The notes below the pieces were generated by a model that saw nothing but the letters and a program-made list of their open reading frames with translations, had not been told where the DNA came from and made no database searches. A stretch of DNA of 40,149 bases from Candidatus Ryanbacteria bacterium RIFCSPHIGHO2_02_FULL_45_17b (GTDB lineage: Bacteria > Patescibacteriota > Minisyncoccia > Ryanbacterales > 2-02-FULL-48-12): the NCBI GenBank assembly GCA_001819815.1, contig MHNO01000010.1, forward strand, positions 1-40,149. The letters run 5' to 3'. The position numbers and the translations under genes were made by a program. Of the stretch, positions 8,728 through 17,518 are shown in pieces; within the stretch, counting starts at the first letter, position 1, and each line of letters opens with the position of its first letter.

Positions 8728-9785
8728 AAGTGCTTATGATAAGCTCGGATCCAAAAATTCTACAGGATACCGAAGCAAAAAAACGCATACAGGAATACCG
8801 AACGCTTGTGGATGAACTCTATACGGTTGTTATCGCCGGAACGTTTAACGTATCCGCGTTTTTTCGCGCGTATTGGGAAGGAAGTCGCATACTTCGTCTC
8901 CATGGTTCTTCAGATTTCTTGATAACTGCGCAAGATCCTTCAGAACGATGGCTTATAGGATGGTTATTAGCTTTACGATTTCAGGTTCCTCTGGAAGTGC
9001 AGGTTCATACTGATTTGAGGAGCCCGTATCTATTGAAAGAATCAATAAAGAATCGCGTCCGTCTTCTTATTGCGCGGATTTTATTGCCGCGCGTCTCGTG
9101 TATTCGTGTTGTCTCAAGGCGCATTCAACAATCTCTTGGGGTCTGGCTTCCCGGCGTGGCGCCGAAAATAACAGTGCTGCCTGTGCATGTGGATGTTGAA
9201 AGATTTGAAACATTGCATCATATAGAGGAGCAAGGAGTTTTTCGCTTCCTTGTGATTTCTCGTCTTACAAGAGAAAAAAACGTTAAGCTTGCGATTGATG
9301 CCTTTGCTGAATTTCACGCGGAATTTTTACACACGAGTCTTGTTATTGTTGGTGATGGTCCTGAACGGAAGCGCCTTGAGGCGCGCGTGTTGAAACAGAA
9401 TATCAACGAAGGAGTAATTCTGTTTGCTGGTTGGAAAGAAGACATAACGCGTTATTTTCAATTTGCCAGTTGCTATCTTCTTACATCAAATTATGAGGGC
9501 TACGGCAGGACGGTGACCGAAGCGCTTGCGGCAGGCGTTCCTGTGATTATGACTGATGTAGGAGTCGCGGGAGATATAGTTCAAAACGAAAAATCCGGCT
9601 TGATTGTTCCTGTGGGTGACAAAAAAGAATTAATAAAAGCAATGCGTCGTGTTTTTACTGATTCCCATCTTCGGCGCACGCTCTCTGAAAACGGCCGCGC
9701 GGCGGTACGATTTTTTCCTTCCAAAGAAGCGTATTTGGATGCTTATAAAACTATATGGCATTTATGCGGCGCGAAGAAAAAATAA
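8724..9785 (+). CDS. GT4 family glycosyltransferase
   Basis: SNYEGYGRTVTEALAAGVPVIMTDVGVAGDIVQNEKSGLIVP motif. ATGA start/stop overlap with the upstream gene. Confidence 0.85.
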   Translation: MKVLMISSDPKILQDTEAKKRIQEYRTLVDELYTVVIAGTFNVSAFFRAYWEGSRILRLHGSSDFLITAQDPSERWLIGWLLALRFQVPLEVQVHTDLRSPYLLKESIKNRVRLLIARILLPRVSCIRVVSRRIQQSLGVWLPGVAPKITVLPVHVDVERFETLHHIEEQGVFRFLVISRLTREKNVKLAIDAFAEFHAEFLHTSLVIVGDGPERKRLEARVLKQNINEGVILFAGWKEDITRYFQFASCYLLTSNYEGYGRTVTEALAAGVPVIMTDVGVAGDIVQNEKSGLIVPVGDKKELIKAMRRVFTDSHLRRTLSENGRAAVRFFPSKEAYLDAYKTIWHLCGAKKK

Positions 9786-10795
9786 AAGTATGTTTTGTGT
9801 TGCCGGAAAAAGCGGAAGATACCGCGACGCATTTTGCGCATAAAGCAGAGCTGATGAAGGAGCTCCAAAATGAAGTAGAATTTTATACATACGCGGCTAT
9901 GGGTACGGATTTACTGCGCATTGTGTATGCGCGTTTTCGTGGCGTGCGCATATATTATGTGCAGTATTCATTTAAAGGCGCGCTCATTGCATATGTTGTT
10001 ACAAAGGTATTTGGCGGACGGGTGTTTTATTGGAATTGCGGCATGCCGTGGCTCTATAAACGCGGGTGGTTTGAAGAACAGTTGTTCCGGTTTATATTGC
10101 GCCACATGATTTTAGTTATTGCCACGGATGGGCTTGCGAATGAATATGCCACGCGGTATGGGCTAGACAAAAAAGATATCCGCGTGGTGCCGAATTATAT
10201 TCGCGTATCGCGCATGCAAAACAAGTCTAAAGAGGAAGCGCGAAAAGAGCTTGGGCTCCCGCAAGATAAAAAGATTGTGTTATTTTTACATCACGTGTCT
10301 CGTCGTAAGGGGGCGCATTTGTTGCCGGAAATTATTAAAGAATTCTCCAATCAAAGCGCTGTCTTGTTTGTAATTGTTGGCGAGGGGCCGGAAAAGAAAG
10401 AAATTGAATCAAGAATTAAGAATTATCAATCAGGGGAAAAGGTGCGGATGGAAGGAATGGTTGCGCATAACAAAACAGCATCTTATTTTATGGCAGCTGA
10501 TGTGTATCTCATGCCTTCCGAAGAAGAAGGTATGCCAAATGCTCTGCTGGAAGCAATGGCGGCTGGTGTTCCGTTTGTGGCATCTGATGTTGCCGCGGTT
10601 CGGGAAATGACACCACCCATGACTCATGAGTTTGTATTGCCCTATGGAAAAACTGATATGTTTGGGGAAAAAATAAAAAAGCTCCTCGGGGATGAAGAGC
10701 TTCGGAAGCGCATCGCCACAGAAGAGCAAGAATGGGTAGAGCGATATGATGTTTCTACTGTTGCGTCTCGTTATATGGCGTTGTTTCGAGAGTAG
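9755..10795 (+). CDS. GT4 family glycosyltransferase
   Basis: SEEEGMPNALLEAMAAGVPFVASDVAAVREM motif. Overlaps the upstream gene by about 30 nt. An alternative start is ATG 9764. Confidence 0.8.
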   Translation: MAFMRREEKIKVCFVLPEKAEDTATHFAHKAELMKELQNEVEFYTYAAMGTDLLRIVYARFRGVRIYYVQYSFKGALIAYVVTKVFGGRVFYWNCGMPWLYKRGWFEEQLFRFILRHMILVIATDGLANEYATRYGLDKKDIRVVPNYIRVSRMQNKSKEEARKELGLPQDKKIVLFLHHVSRRKGAHLLPEIIKEFSNQSAVLFVIVGEGPEKKEIESRIKNYQSGEKVRMEGMVAHNKTASYFMAADVYLMPSEEEGMPNALLEAMAAGVPFVASDVAAVREMTPPMTHEFVLPYGKTDMFGEKIKKLLGDEELRKRIATEEQEWVERYDVSTVASRYMALFRE

Positions 10796-11597
10796 AGATA
10801 CTTTCTTTCATGCGCGCTTCAATAGTGCGTACTCCTTTTGCAATATTTTCCAGCACGATACATGGCAGATACACGGCATAGCCAAAAAGAAGCAGTGAGG
10901 TATAGGGGAATAAAAATCCATTTTTTACGGCGTATTGTTCCATAAGCAATGTGATGGCAAAAAAAACAATCGTAAGAAAGAAATCTTGAAACTGGTGTAA
11001 AAATCGAAGTATGGGATACAAAAACGAGTGGTTCGCTCGAATACTTGAAATGGTGGGAGAAAATGGCGGGAGAGGAAAGATGTCGCGGTGCTTTATGTAT
11101 TTTTTGAGGAATATGCCATACGGGAGGTTGTGCGTAAGGCGCAGTAAAATACTGCTGAATCCTGCCAACATACCGGCAAGCAGTATGATTGATTCAGAAT
11201 ATGCGGTGGTATCTTTAAGTCCCCACGCAAGCGAAAGAAAAAAGAGGGGAGGAATAATATAATGATTCAACTCATCCAGATATATTCCTTTCAGAGAGAA
11301 TCGTTTTTTATAGCGCGCCACTTCTCCGTCCACGCGGTCTAGGATCAAATGAAGATAGAACAAAAACAGCGCTAGGAGTTTTAGGATCCCATTGGGGCAT
11401 AAAAAAAAGTAAGCGCCGATCAGACCAGAAAAAATACTCAAAAGAGTAATGGTGTTTGGAGCAAGAGGAGTGCGTACTAAAAGCCAGGTAAGAAATATAG
11501 ATGGTCCGCGCTGAAACCAGCGATAGCCCCAAGGGCGTTCTCGGCCTTCTAGTTTTTCGCGTTGCAAATTTTCTCGCAATTCTTGTATTGATTCCAT
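10755..11597 (-). CDS. CDP-alcohol phosphatidyltransferase family membrane protein
   Basis: Motif DRVDGEVARYKKRFSLKGIYLDELNH (D-G-x2-A-R-x8-G-x3-D-x3-D/N). Multi-TM. Start chosen at ATG 11597. The six-frame ORF starts at a TTG at 11633, inside an inverted repeat. Confidence 0.7.
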   Translation of the reverse strand: MESIQELRENLQREKLEGRERPWGYRWFQRGPSIFLTWLLVRTPLAPNTITLLSIFSGLIGAYFFLCPNGILKLLALFLFYLHLILDRVDGEVARYKKRFSLKGIYLDELNHYIIPPLFFLSLAWGLKDTTAYSESIILLAGMLAGFSSILLRLTHNLPYGIFLKKYIKHRDIFPLPPFSPTISSIRANHSFLYPILRFLHQFQDFFLTIVFFAITLLMEQYAVKNGFLFPYTSLLLFGYAVYLPCIVLENIAKGVRTIEARMKESISTLETTPYNETQQ

Positions 11598-11604
11598 ATT
11601 ATTC

Positions 11605-11789
11605 ACACTAGCATACGGACATTTTTGTGCCAAAACTCCAAACTTGCAAATTATAGTCGTCTTGTCTGGTAAAATTCATAACTGCGCCCCCGCTAAAGCG
11701 GGGTACTCAAACAGATGAATTTTACTTGCAATATTTCCTTAATTTTCTAAGTTTTTCCATTATGCACAAAAATGTCCGCATGCTAGTGT
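11605..11789. repeat. 26-bp inverted repeat (acactagcatacggacatttttgtgc at 11605-11630, gcacaaaaatgtccgcatgctagtgt at 11764-11789, 1 mismatch) flanking a 133-bp AT-rich segment. MITE-like or long-range RNA structure
   Basis: Read from the sequence. The interior has a TATAAT on the minus strand (about 11655) and a small hairpin gcgcccccgc-taaa-gcggggt. Confidence 0.6.
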
Positions 11790-13177
11790 CCTTTAATGGT
11801 TGCCAACGGCCGCAAATATGCCACGGGGCGTACAATGCCCGCTTGTTCCAGTTCGTTTGTTACTGCAAAAAGTCCTTCCGGAGATTGTAGCGGCACTTTT
11901 TTGAGTTCTTTTTCTTTTCGTTTGGAGATAATCATATGGTGCTGGGGATCTTCTTTGCTTTTGCCTTCTTCTTTGAATCGTCCGATTGTTTTTCCGGCGG
12001 ATGGCGTGGCAGAGCGAAGCGAGGAGTCTGTTTCTGACCCAACACCAAGGTAAGAAAGCGTATTAAAACCAGCGATCATTACTGGTTTTCCATCAAATAC
12101 GCGAATCGCATCTTGCCGGTGCACTATGAATTGTCCGTTTCCTATAGTTTCTTCCATAATACTGTTGTGTGCTGCATCCCACAAAAACGAAGCTGAACCT
12201 TTTGGCAATGCGTCGTTTATGCGTCGTAACAGCGCCGCTCGAAACGCGTAGCCATAGTTGAGCGCGATTTTTATGGATTGCATAAGACGTTTTCCTTCTT
12301 CCGTATGGAGCGGAGTTCCGGGAAAAGGAGTACGCGAAAAATACGCGCGCCAACACGCGCCAAAATTTCGTATGCCGTTCCAAGAGGTGAAATGGAAAAA
12401 AAACTTTAGCCAAAAAAGTATGAGTTTTTCAAAACGCGTATTTTTTTCGCGTCTGCCAAAATAGCGCCCCAAGTGATAGGTGGCATGCCCGCCGCCGCCA
12501 TGATAAAAAAGCACAATTTGATCTTCCCGCAAACCCCATGTGCTTGCGGTTTCCTTGTCTAAGATTTTTTCAATATATTGAATTTCAAGAAAATGATTTC
12601 CGCCGAAATTGTAGCCCATTTCATGCCGCGCGTTTATCCACGCGGAACGCGGCACTAAATGTTTTAGGTTTATTTTCTTTTTTTCTTCTTCCGAAAGCAC
12701 GCACCCTCCATATTCCATATTAGCGTCATCGGATGACGCTAATTGGTAGCGCGTAAAGGCGGCAGGCGCGCCATTAAGAAAAATATTCTTGAGTTCGCCC
12801 TCAGTAAGATCGTACACAGTTGCGGGGCGGGTATAAAGCCCGAGCCATTGGAGGGCTGTTTTCCATTTTCCAATCCACGGATGCACGCCTGCGCGGAGCC
12901 GCGTCGCAAAGTCGTTCAAAAATTCTTCGGAGAAATCGTATCGCGTGAGGTTTGTCTTATATAGGCTCATGCCGCAGTTCATGGCAGGAGCAGTGAGTTG
13001 CGGCACGATTATATCTTTGGTGGCGGCAACAAATTGAGGGGGGGATTCAAGCCCGGCTTTTGGATGGATATTAGGCAGGCAAACCAGCGGCCGCGCCAAA
13101 CTTGGCACATGTTTTTTCACGCGTTCTATTTTCCCCACTACTTCTGGGAATGGCTGATTGTCGCATGAGAATGGCAT
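11783..13177 (-). CDS. RtcB-family protein (paralog 1). The putative catalytic His of the HGAGR motif is replaced (SATPSAGKT)
   Basis: RtcB motifs in order: LPNIHPK...NCGM, GGNHFLE, YHGGGGHATYHLGRYF, WDAAHNSI. The C-terminal motif lacks His. Ends ...RPLATIKGH. Confidence 0.7.
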   Translation of the reverse strand: MPFSCDNQPFPEVVGKIERVKKHVPSLARPLVCLPNIHPKAGLESPPQFVAATKDIIVPQLTAPAMNCGMSLYKTNLTRYDFSEEFLNDFATRLRAGVHPWIGKWKTALQWLGLYTRPATVYDLTEGELKNIFLNGAPAAFTRYQLASSDDANMEYGGCVLSEEEKKKINLKHLVPRSAWINARHEMGYNFGGNHFLEIQYIEKILDKETASTWGLREDQIVLFYHGGGGHATYHLGRYFGRREKNTRFEKLILFWLKFFFHFTSWNGIRNFGACWRAYFSRTPFPGTPLHTEEGKRLMQSIKIALNYGYAFRAALLRRINDALPKGSASFLWDAAHNSIMEETIGNGQFIVHRQDAIRVFDGKPVMIAGFNTLSYLGVGSETDSSLRSATPSAGKTIGRFKEEGKSKEDPQHHMIISKRKEKELKKVPLQSPEGLFAVTNELEQAGIVRPVAYLRPLATIKGH

Positions 13178-13233
13178 TGCTTTTTATTATAGTTTATGGT
13201 AAGAATTATTTAAGTTTAGAGAGGGGGATTGTT

Positions 13234-13431
13234 GTGGAATTAACTACAGTATCGGATTTGTCTGTTGGTGACATCATAGAGGGTCCAGATGGTCCCGAGC
13301 TGGTGACGGACATTAAATCGTCATTAATCTCTTTTCAAGGGAATCACTGCATGACAGTGATTAGTGGACGGGAAAAGATTGTTCGGCATATCCGGGCAGT
13401 GGTATTAAAAAAGCTTCGCCTCATCCCTTAA
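13234..13431 (+). CDS. Small hypothetical protein (about 65 aa) between the two RtcB paralogs
   Basis: GTG at 13234, 6 nt after SD gaggggga. Conserved-looking MELTTVSDLSVGDIIEGPDGPELV.... The longer six-frame ORF starts at 13102. Confidence 0.35.
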   Translation: MELTTVSDLSVGDIIEGPDGPELVTDIKSSLISFQGNHCMTVISGREKIVRHIRAVVLKKLRLIP

Positions 13432-14854
13432 ATACGGCAATCGGGCGCGTGTAGGCTACCGCGCGCATGATGTTCGCATTCTCCAACGGTTTTATAACGG
13501 CATCCAGACCTTCATTGGTTATATGGACTGCCGTTTTTTTATACGGCGGTTTTGAGGTGTAGATATCTGTTGAATGATTGTTCGGATGCGGCTGTACGGC
13601 TCCGTTTTCTTTATGTGTTTTTATGGTTTCTCCTGCGCCATGATCTGCGGAAAAAAGATGATTTTGGGCTCCCTGAAGTCCTATACCGATATAAGAATTG
13701 GTGTTGTTGAAGCCGGATATAAGCACAGGTTTATCATCAAACACGCGGGTTGCGGTATGGCGGTGTACGATATATGTTTTTCCCGCGATGGCTTCTTCAT
13801 GAATGGCGTTATGAACCGTATCCCACAAAAGACACACAGATGTGCTTGCTCCAAATGTTTCTTGGAGCGCGTCTGTCACGCGTTTTACAATGGCAAGGCG
13901 AAACGCGTAGCTATAATTGAGAGATGCTTTGATAGAAGCAAAAAGCCGCGCGCCTTCAGGAGTGTTGACGGGGACCGCTTGAAATTTCATCGGATGAAAG
14001 TAATATCGCCAACGCGTACGGAAATTAAGGATACCTTCCTCGGAAGCAAAGTGAAAGAGGAACTTGGCAATGAACTGGAATAATCTTGTTTTGAAACTTT
14101 TGGATTCTTTTTTGCGTTTTGCAAAATAGCGACCCATATAGTGCGACACCGCCCCGCCCCCGCCATGATACATAATGACTACTTGGTCTTTGGAAATTCC
14201 CCAAGAAGAAGCTGTTGTTTCATCCGGTATATGTTCTATATACTGTACCTCAAGAAAATGGTTTCCCTTAAACCCATAGCCAATATCGTGCCTGCCAGAT
14301 ACCCATGCAGATCGGGGCAATATGCGTTCAGGCGGAAATGCGTGTTCAGTTGCATCATCCATAACATCACCCGCGTATTCAATATGATTGAGGGTTTCAG
14401 GAGACATATTATATTTACGCGCCGCGAATTTTGCGCCGTCGCGAATGGCGTCCGCCAGATCTTTTTTAGAAAAGTCGTATTGTGCGCCTGTTCGGTCTAT
14501 GATGCCAAGCCACAGTAATATATTTTGTATGGTGCCAAACCGCGCGCTTCGGTGTTCTTGCATATGTGCGTAAAATGTTTCCAGCTTGTCAGGCGTAAGG
14601 TCGTTTCGTTTGAGAGATGTGAGTATTATGCCCATACCGCACCCAACCGATGGCGCGGTGAGTTCGGGAATGATAACACCATCGGCGGCGGTGACAAATG
14701 AACACGGCGCTTCGTTGTTTTCTTTGAGATGGATGTCTGGCAGGCACACAAGGGGGCGTGTAATCTGCGGTAGGGAAGCAATAGAAAAAAGCACCTTCTG
14801 TAATTTTTGATCAGCAAGATTGCATCCGAGGTTTTGAATTTTTTCGGGATTCAT
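13421..14854 (-). CDS. rtcB: RtcB-family RNA ligase-like protein (paralog 2, all motifs intact)
   Basis: LPDIHLK...GCGM, GNHFLEVQYIE, YHGGGGAVSHYMGRYF, WDTVHNAI, SADHGAGETI, C-terminal RPIAVFKG. This aligns motif for motif with E. coli RtcB. Confidence 0.75.
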   Translation of the reverse strand: MNPEKIQNLGCNLADQKLQKVLFSIASLPQITRPLVCLPDIHLKENNEAPCSFVTAADGVIIPELTAPSVGCGMGIILTSLKRNDLTPDKLETFYAHMQEHRSARFGTIQNILLWLGIIDRTGAQYDFSKKDLADAIRDGAKFAARKYNMSPETLNHIEYAGDVMDDATEHAFPPERILPRSAWVSGRHDIGYGFKGNHFLEVQYIEHIPDETTASSWGISKDQVVIMYHGGGGAVSHYMGRYFAKRKKESKSFKTRLFQFIAKFLFHFASEEGILNFRTRWRYYFHPMKFQAVPVNTPEGARLFASIKASLNYSYAFRLAIVKRVTDALQETFGASTSVCLLWDTVHNAIHEEAIAGKTYIVHRHTATRVFDDKPVLISGFNNTNSYIGIGLQGAQNHLFSADHGAGETIKTHKENGAVQPHPNNHSTDIYTSKPPYKKTAVHITNEGLDAVIKPLENANIMRAVAYTRPIAVFKG

Positions 14855-14910
14855 TGTAGTATTATTTTACAACAAAAATCGTGTTTTAGCAACTATAATA
14901 GGTGGTCCCC

Positions 14911-15966
14911 ATGAAGCTCCATTATCTTACCCCCCTTACATTTCCATCTCGTTATGTAAACCGCCTGCAGGTTATGAAGATGTCAGGCGCGTTTTCAAAA
15001 CGGGTAGATTTTGCGTTATATATTGCGGAGTCGCGTATGTCCCGAAATGATCTTTTTCAGACATACAATATCCATGAACCTTTTTGTGTGGAAGAAGTGG
15101 GAAATGCAGCGTTTCTGCCACGTAGGTTTTGGGGGGCGCGCCGGTTTCTCCCATGTATAAGAACTGCTCCGGAACATACAGTATGGTATGCGCGCGACGT
15201 GTTGCTTACCGATTGGCTGTTATTTTTTCACAAACAGTTTTACGGGAATTATTTTTTTGAACTGCATACGCTTTCCCGATTTTCAGAACAGCGATACCGC
15301 CGTGTTTTTGCGGGCGCGCGTGGTATTATTACCACGAATGAAGATAAGAAAAAGATTCTTATGAAACGATTTGGTATTGATGAACAGCATATTCTTGTTG
15401 CTCCCAATGGTGTCGATTTTGATGAGTTTGACGTGCTGAAAGATCGCAAGCTTGAGATGCGGAAAGAGCTTGGTATTGATGAACATTGTGTTCTTGTGGC
15501 ATATGTCGGCACGGACGCAAAAGAATATGGAACCGATGCATTACGCCACGCTGGACAGCTTTTACAGAATACCGCGCGTATTGAAATTATCTCCGGAAGG
15601 CCGAGAAATGAAGCTTTGAAATATATGGCAGCAGCGGATATATTGGTGGCGCCGTACTGCGCTACCAGCGAACATTTTATAACATATATGTCGCCAATGA
15701 AAATACGAGAATACATGGCAATGGAGCGACCCATGATTGTTTCTGATCTTCCCTCAATACGCGCGTGTGTGCCATCTGAAGCATATGCGTTTTTTGCGGT
15801 TCCGTGTGAGAGTTCAGACCTTGCGCGTGCCATAAATGAAGCGTGCGCAAATATGGAAGAGGCGCGCCGGCGGGCTAAGAATGCTTATCACTTGCTGCGG
15901 GCAGGAGGTTTTTCTTGGGATGATCGCGTTACGCGTATTATTGATTTTATAAAGACGCGCGTATGA
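14911..15966 (+). CDS. GT4-like glycosyltransferase
   Basis: C-terminal EYMAMERPMIVSDLPSIRACV. ATG 14911 is preceded by SD aggtgg and TATAAT (14894). Confidence 0.7.
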   Translation: MKLHYLTPLTFPSRYVNRLQVMKMSGAFSKRVDFALYIAESRMSRNDLFQTYNIHEPFCVEEVGNAAFLPRRFWGARRFLPCIRTAPEHTVWYARDVLLTDWLLFFHKQFYGNYFFELHTLSRFSEQRYRRVFAGARGIITTNEDKKKILMKRFGIDEQHILVAPNGVDFDEFDVLKDRKLEMRKELGIDEHCVLVAYVGTDAKEYGTDALRHAGQLLQNTARIEIISGRPRNEALKYMAAADILVAPYCATSEHFITYMSPMKIREYMAMERPMIVSDLPSIRACVPSEAYAFFAVPCESSDLARAINEACANMEEARRRAKNAYHLLRAGGFSWDDRVTRIIDFIKTRV

Positions 15967-16790
15967 GCGTGTTTTTGCATAGAATGTTAGAAATATGCCT
16001 TTTTCTAAGCGGCTTAAATGCGGTATATATATTTTTCTCAAAAAAACGATTAATCATGTTGGGATACCACAGTATTTCAGATTCATTGAACAGTATCCTG
16101 TTGCAAAACGATATCTATAAACATCTTTCTGTTCCGGCGGCTGTTTTTGAAAAACAGCTTATGTTTTTGCAGAAGCACAACTATACGTTTCTGCGATTTT
16201 CTGATTTGCGGAATATACGAGAGGGGAAGCAAGCAATGCCTAATCGTCCGGTGCTTTTGTATTTTGATGATGGATACAAAGACAATTATCTTAATGCGTA
16301 TCCTATTCTCAAGAAGCACGGCATACCGGCGACTCTTTTTGTGGCAACCGATTGTATTGATAAAAAAAGGTTGTTATGGGATAGCGCTCTGGATCCGGCG
16401 CGGGCGAATATTTTTTTGTCTTGGGATGATATCCGCGCGATGCAGGATGTTTTTGATATAGGCACGCACACGGCTTCGCATCGGAAATTAACAACACTGA
16501 AGCCGGATGAAGTGAAGGAAGAATTTGAAATGTCTCGAAAGCGGATTTATGAAATGACGGGGAAGCGTGTTGTAGCACTTTCATATCCGAAAAGCCGATG
16601 GACTTTGGAAACGCGCCGCTGTGCCCAAGAAGCAGGTTTTGAGTTTATTCTTGCTCATGGGAGGGGATTTCGGCACAGTGCTGATTTTCGCTATCTGGAA
16701 AAAATACCCGTTGGTCCTGCGGATTCAATGATGCAGTTTCGCGTGAAGCTTGGTATATATTATCCATTGATGAATATGGGGAGGAAATGA
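15963..16790 (+). CDS. Polysaccharide deacetylase (CE4 / NodB-homology domain)
   Basis: LLYFDDGYKDNY...ATLFVATDCI and HTASHRKL motifs. Confidence 0.8.
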   Translation: MSVFLHRMLEICLFLSGLNAVYIFFSKKRLIMLGYHSISDSLNSILLQNDIYKHLSVPAAVFEKQLMFLQKHNYTFLRFSDLRNIREGKQAMPNRPVLLYFDDGYKDNYLNAYPILKKHGIPATLFVATDCIDKKRLLWDSALDPARANIFLSWDDIRAMQDVFDIGTHTASHRKLTTLKPDEVKEEFEMSRKRIYEMTGKRVVALSYPKSRWTLETRRCAQEAGFEFILAHGRGFRHSADFRYLEKIPVGPADSMMQFRVKLGIYYPLMNMGRK

Positions 16791-17518
16791 AGCAACCTTT
16801 TATAGAACGAACGTATTTCTTTTTTACCTATGCGCGGGTGATTCTTGATGATGAGCTTTTGCGCCGTCTTATCCATAAACAGGCATATTCGTATATAGTC
16901 GGTTTGTCCCATGAAAACTTGTCTTTTGATGTGCCGGTTTCCGTGCGGAAAAAACAAACTATCAATATATATCTCAATAAACCCATGGAAGAAATTTTTC
17001 GCGGATACAGCGACACGGCGCGCAATGAAATTCGTCGCACGGAAAAAATGGAAGGCTTGCAATTTACGCGCGATGACGGCAAATGGGGCGACGTGTATGC
17101 CATGTATCTTAAGCATCGCAACGCGCGCGGTTTGCCGGTGCACACGTGTTCTTTTTTACAGCAATGCATGCTTTTTAATGCGTATTGGAACGGGACTCTG
17201 ATTTCTACGATTACGTGTTATGATGCGCATCCCTATCTCCGCATTCAAAATATTTTTTCCCGGCTTGATGGAGGCGATAAGGAATTGCGGCGTATCGCGG
17301 GCTTTGCGGCGCGGCGGTTGGTACACGAAATTTGCACGTATGGCAACGGAAATGGATATCAGCTTCTTGATATGGCTTCAGCTAATTTTACGAATCCCGC
17401 AAGAGCCGGCATTACGCAATTTAAAAACTCGTTTGGCGGCGTAGTATCAGATGAATATACCTATACATACAAGAGCGCGCTGGCGCGGTTTGCCGGTCGT
17501 ATACGAAACATGGTATGA
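16787..17518 (+). CDS. FemAB / BioF2-like GNAT-fold protein (Acetyltransf_6-like). Putative aminoacyl or acyl transferase
   Basis: C-terminal GNGYQLLDMASANFTNPARAGITQFKNSFGG resembles the FemAB/CelD-like fDfgG...FK..fG signature. This is a weak call. Confidence 0.4.
   Translation: MKQPFIERTYFFFTYARVILDDELLRRLIHKQAYSYIVGLSHENLSFDVPVSVRKKQTINIYLNKPMEEIFRGYSDTARNEIRRTEKMEGLQFTRDDGKWGDVYAMYLKHRNARGLPVHTCSFLQQCMLFNAYWNGTLISTITCYDAHPYLRIQNIFSRLDGGDKELRRIAGFAARRLVHEICTYGNGNGYQLLDMASANFTNPARAGITQFKNSFGGVVSDEYTYTYKSALARFAGRIRNMV

Noticed and set aside
11598-11633. N-terminal extension MAQKCPYASVNN of the CDP-alcohol phosphatidyltransferase from the six-frame call
   Set aside because: It starts at a TTG and is translated from the 26-bp inverted-repeat arm. 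The in-frame ATG at 11597 directly precedes the conserved region.
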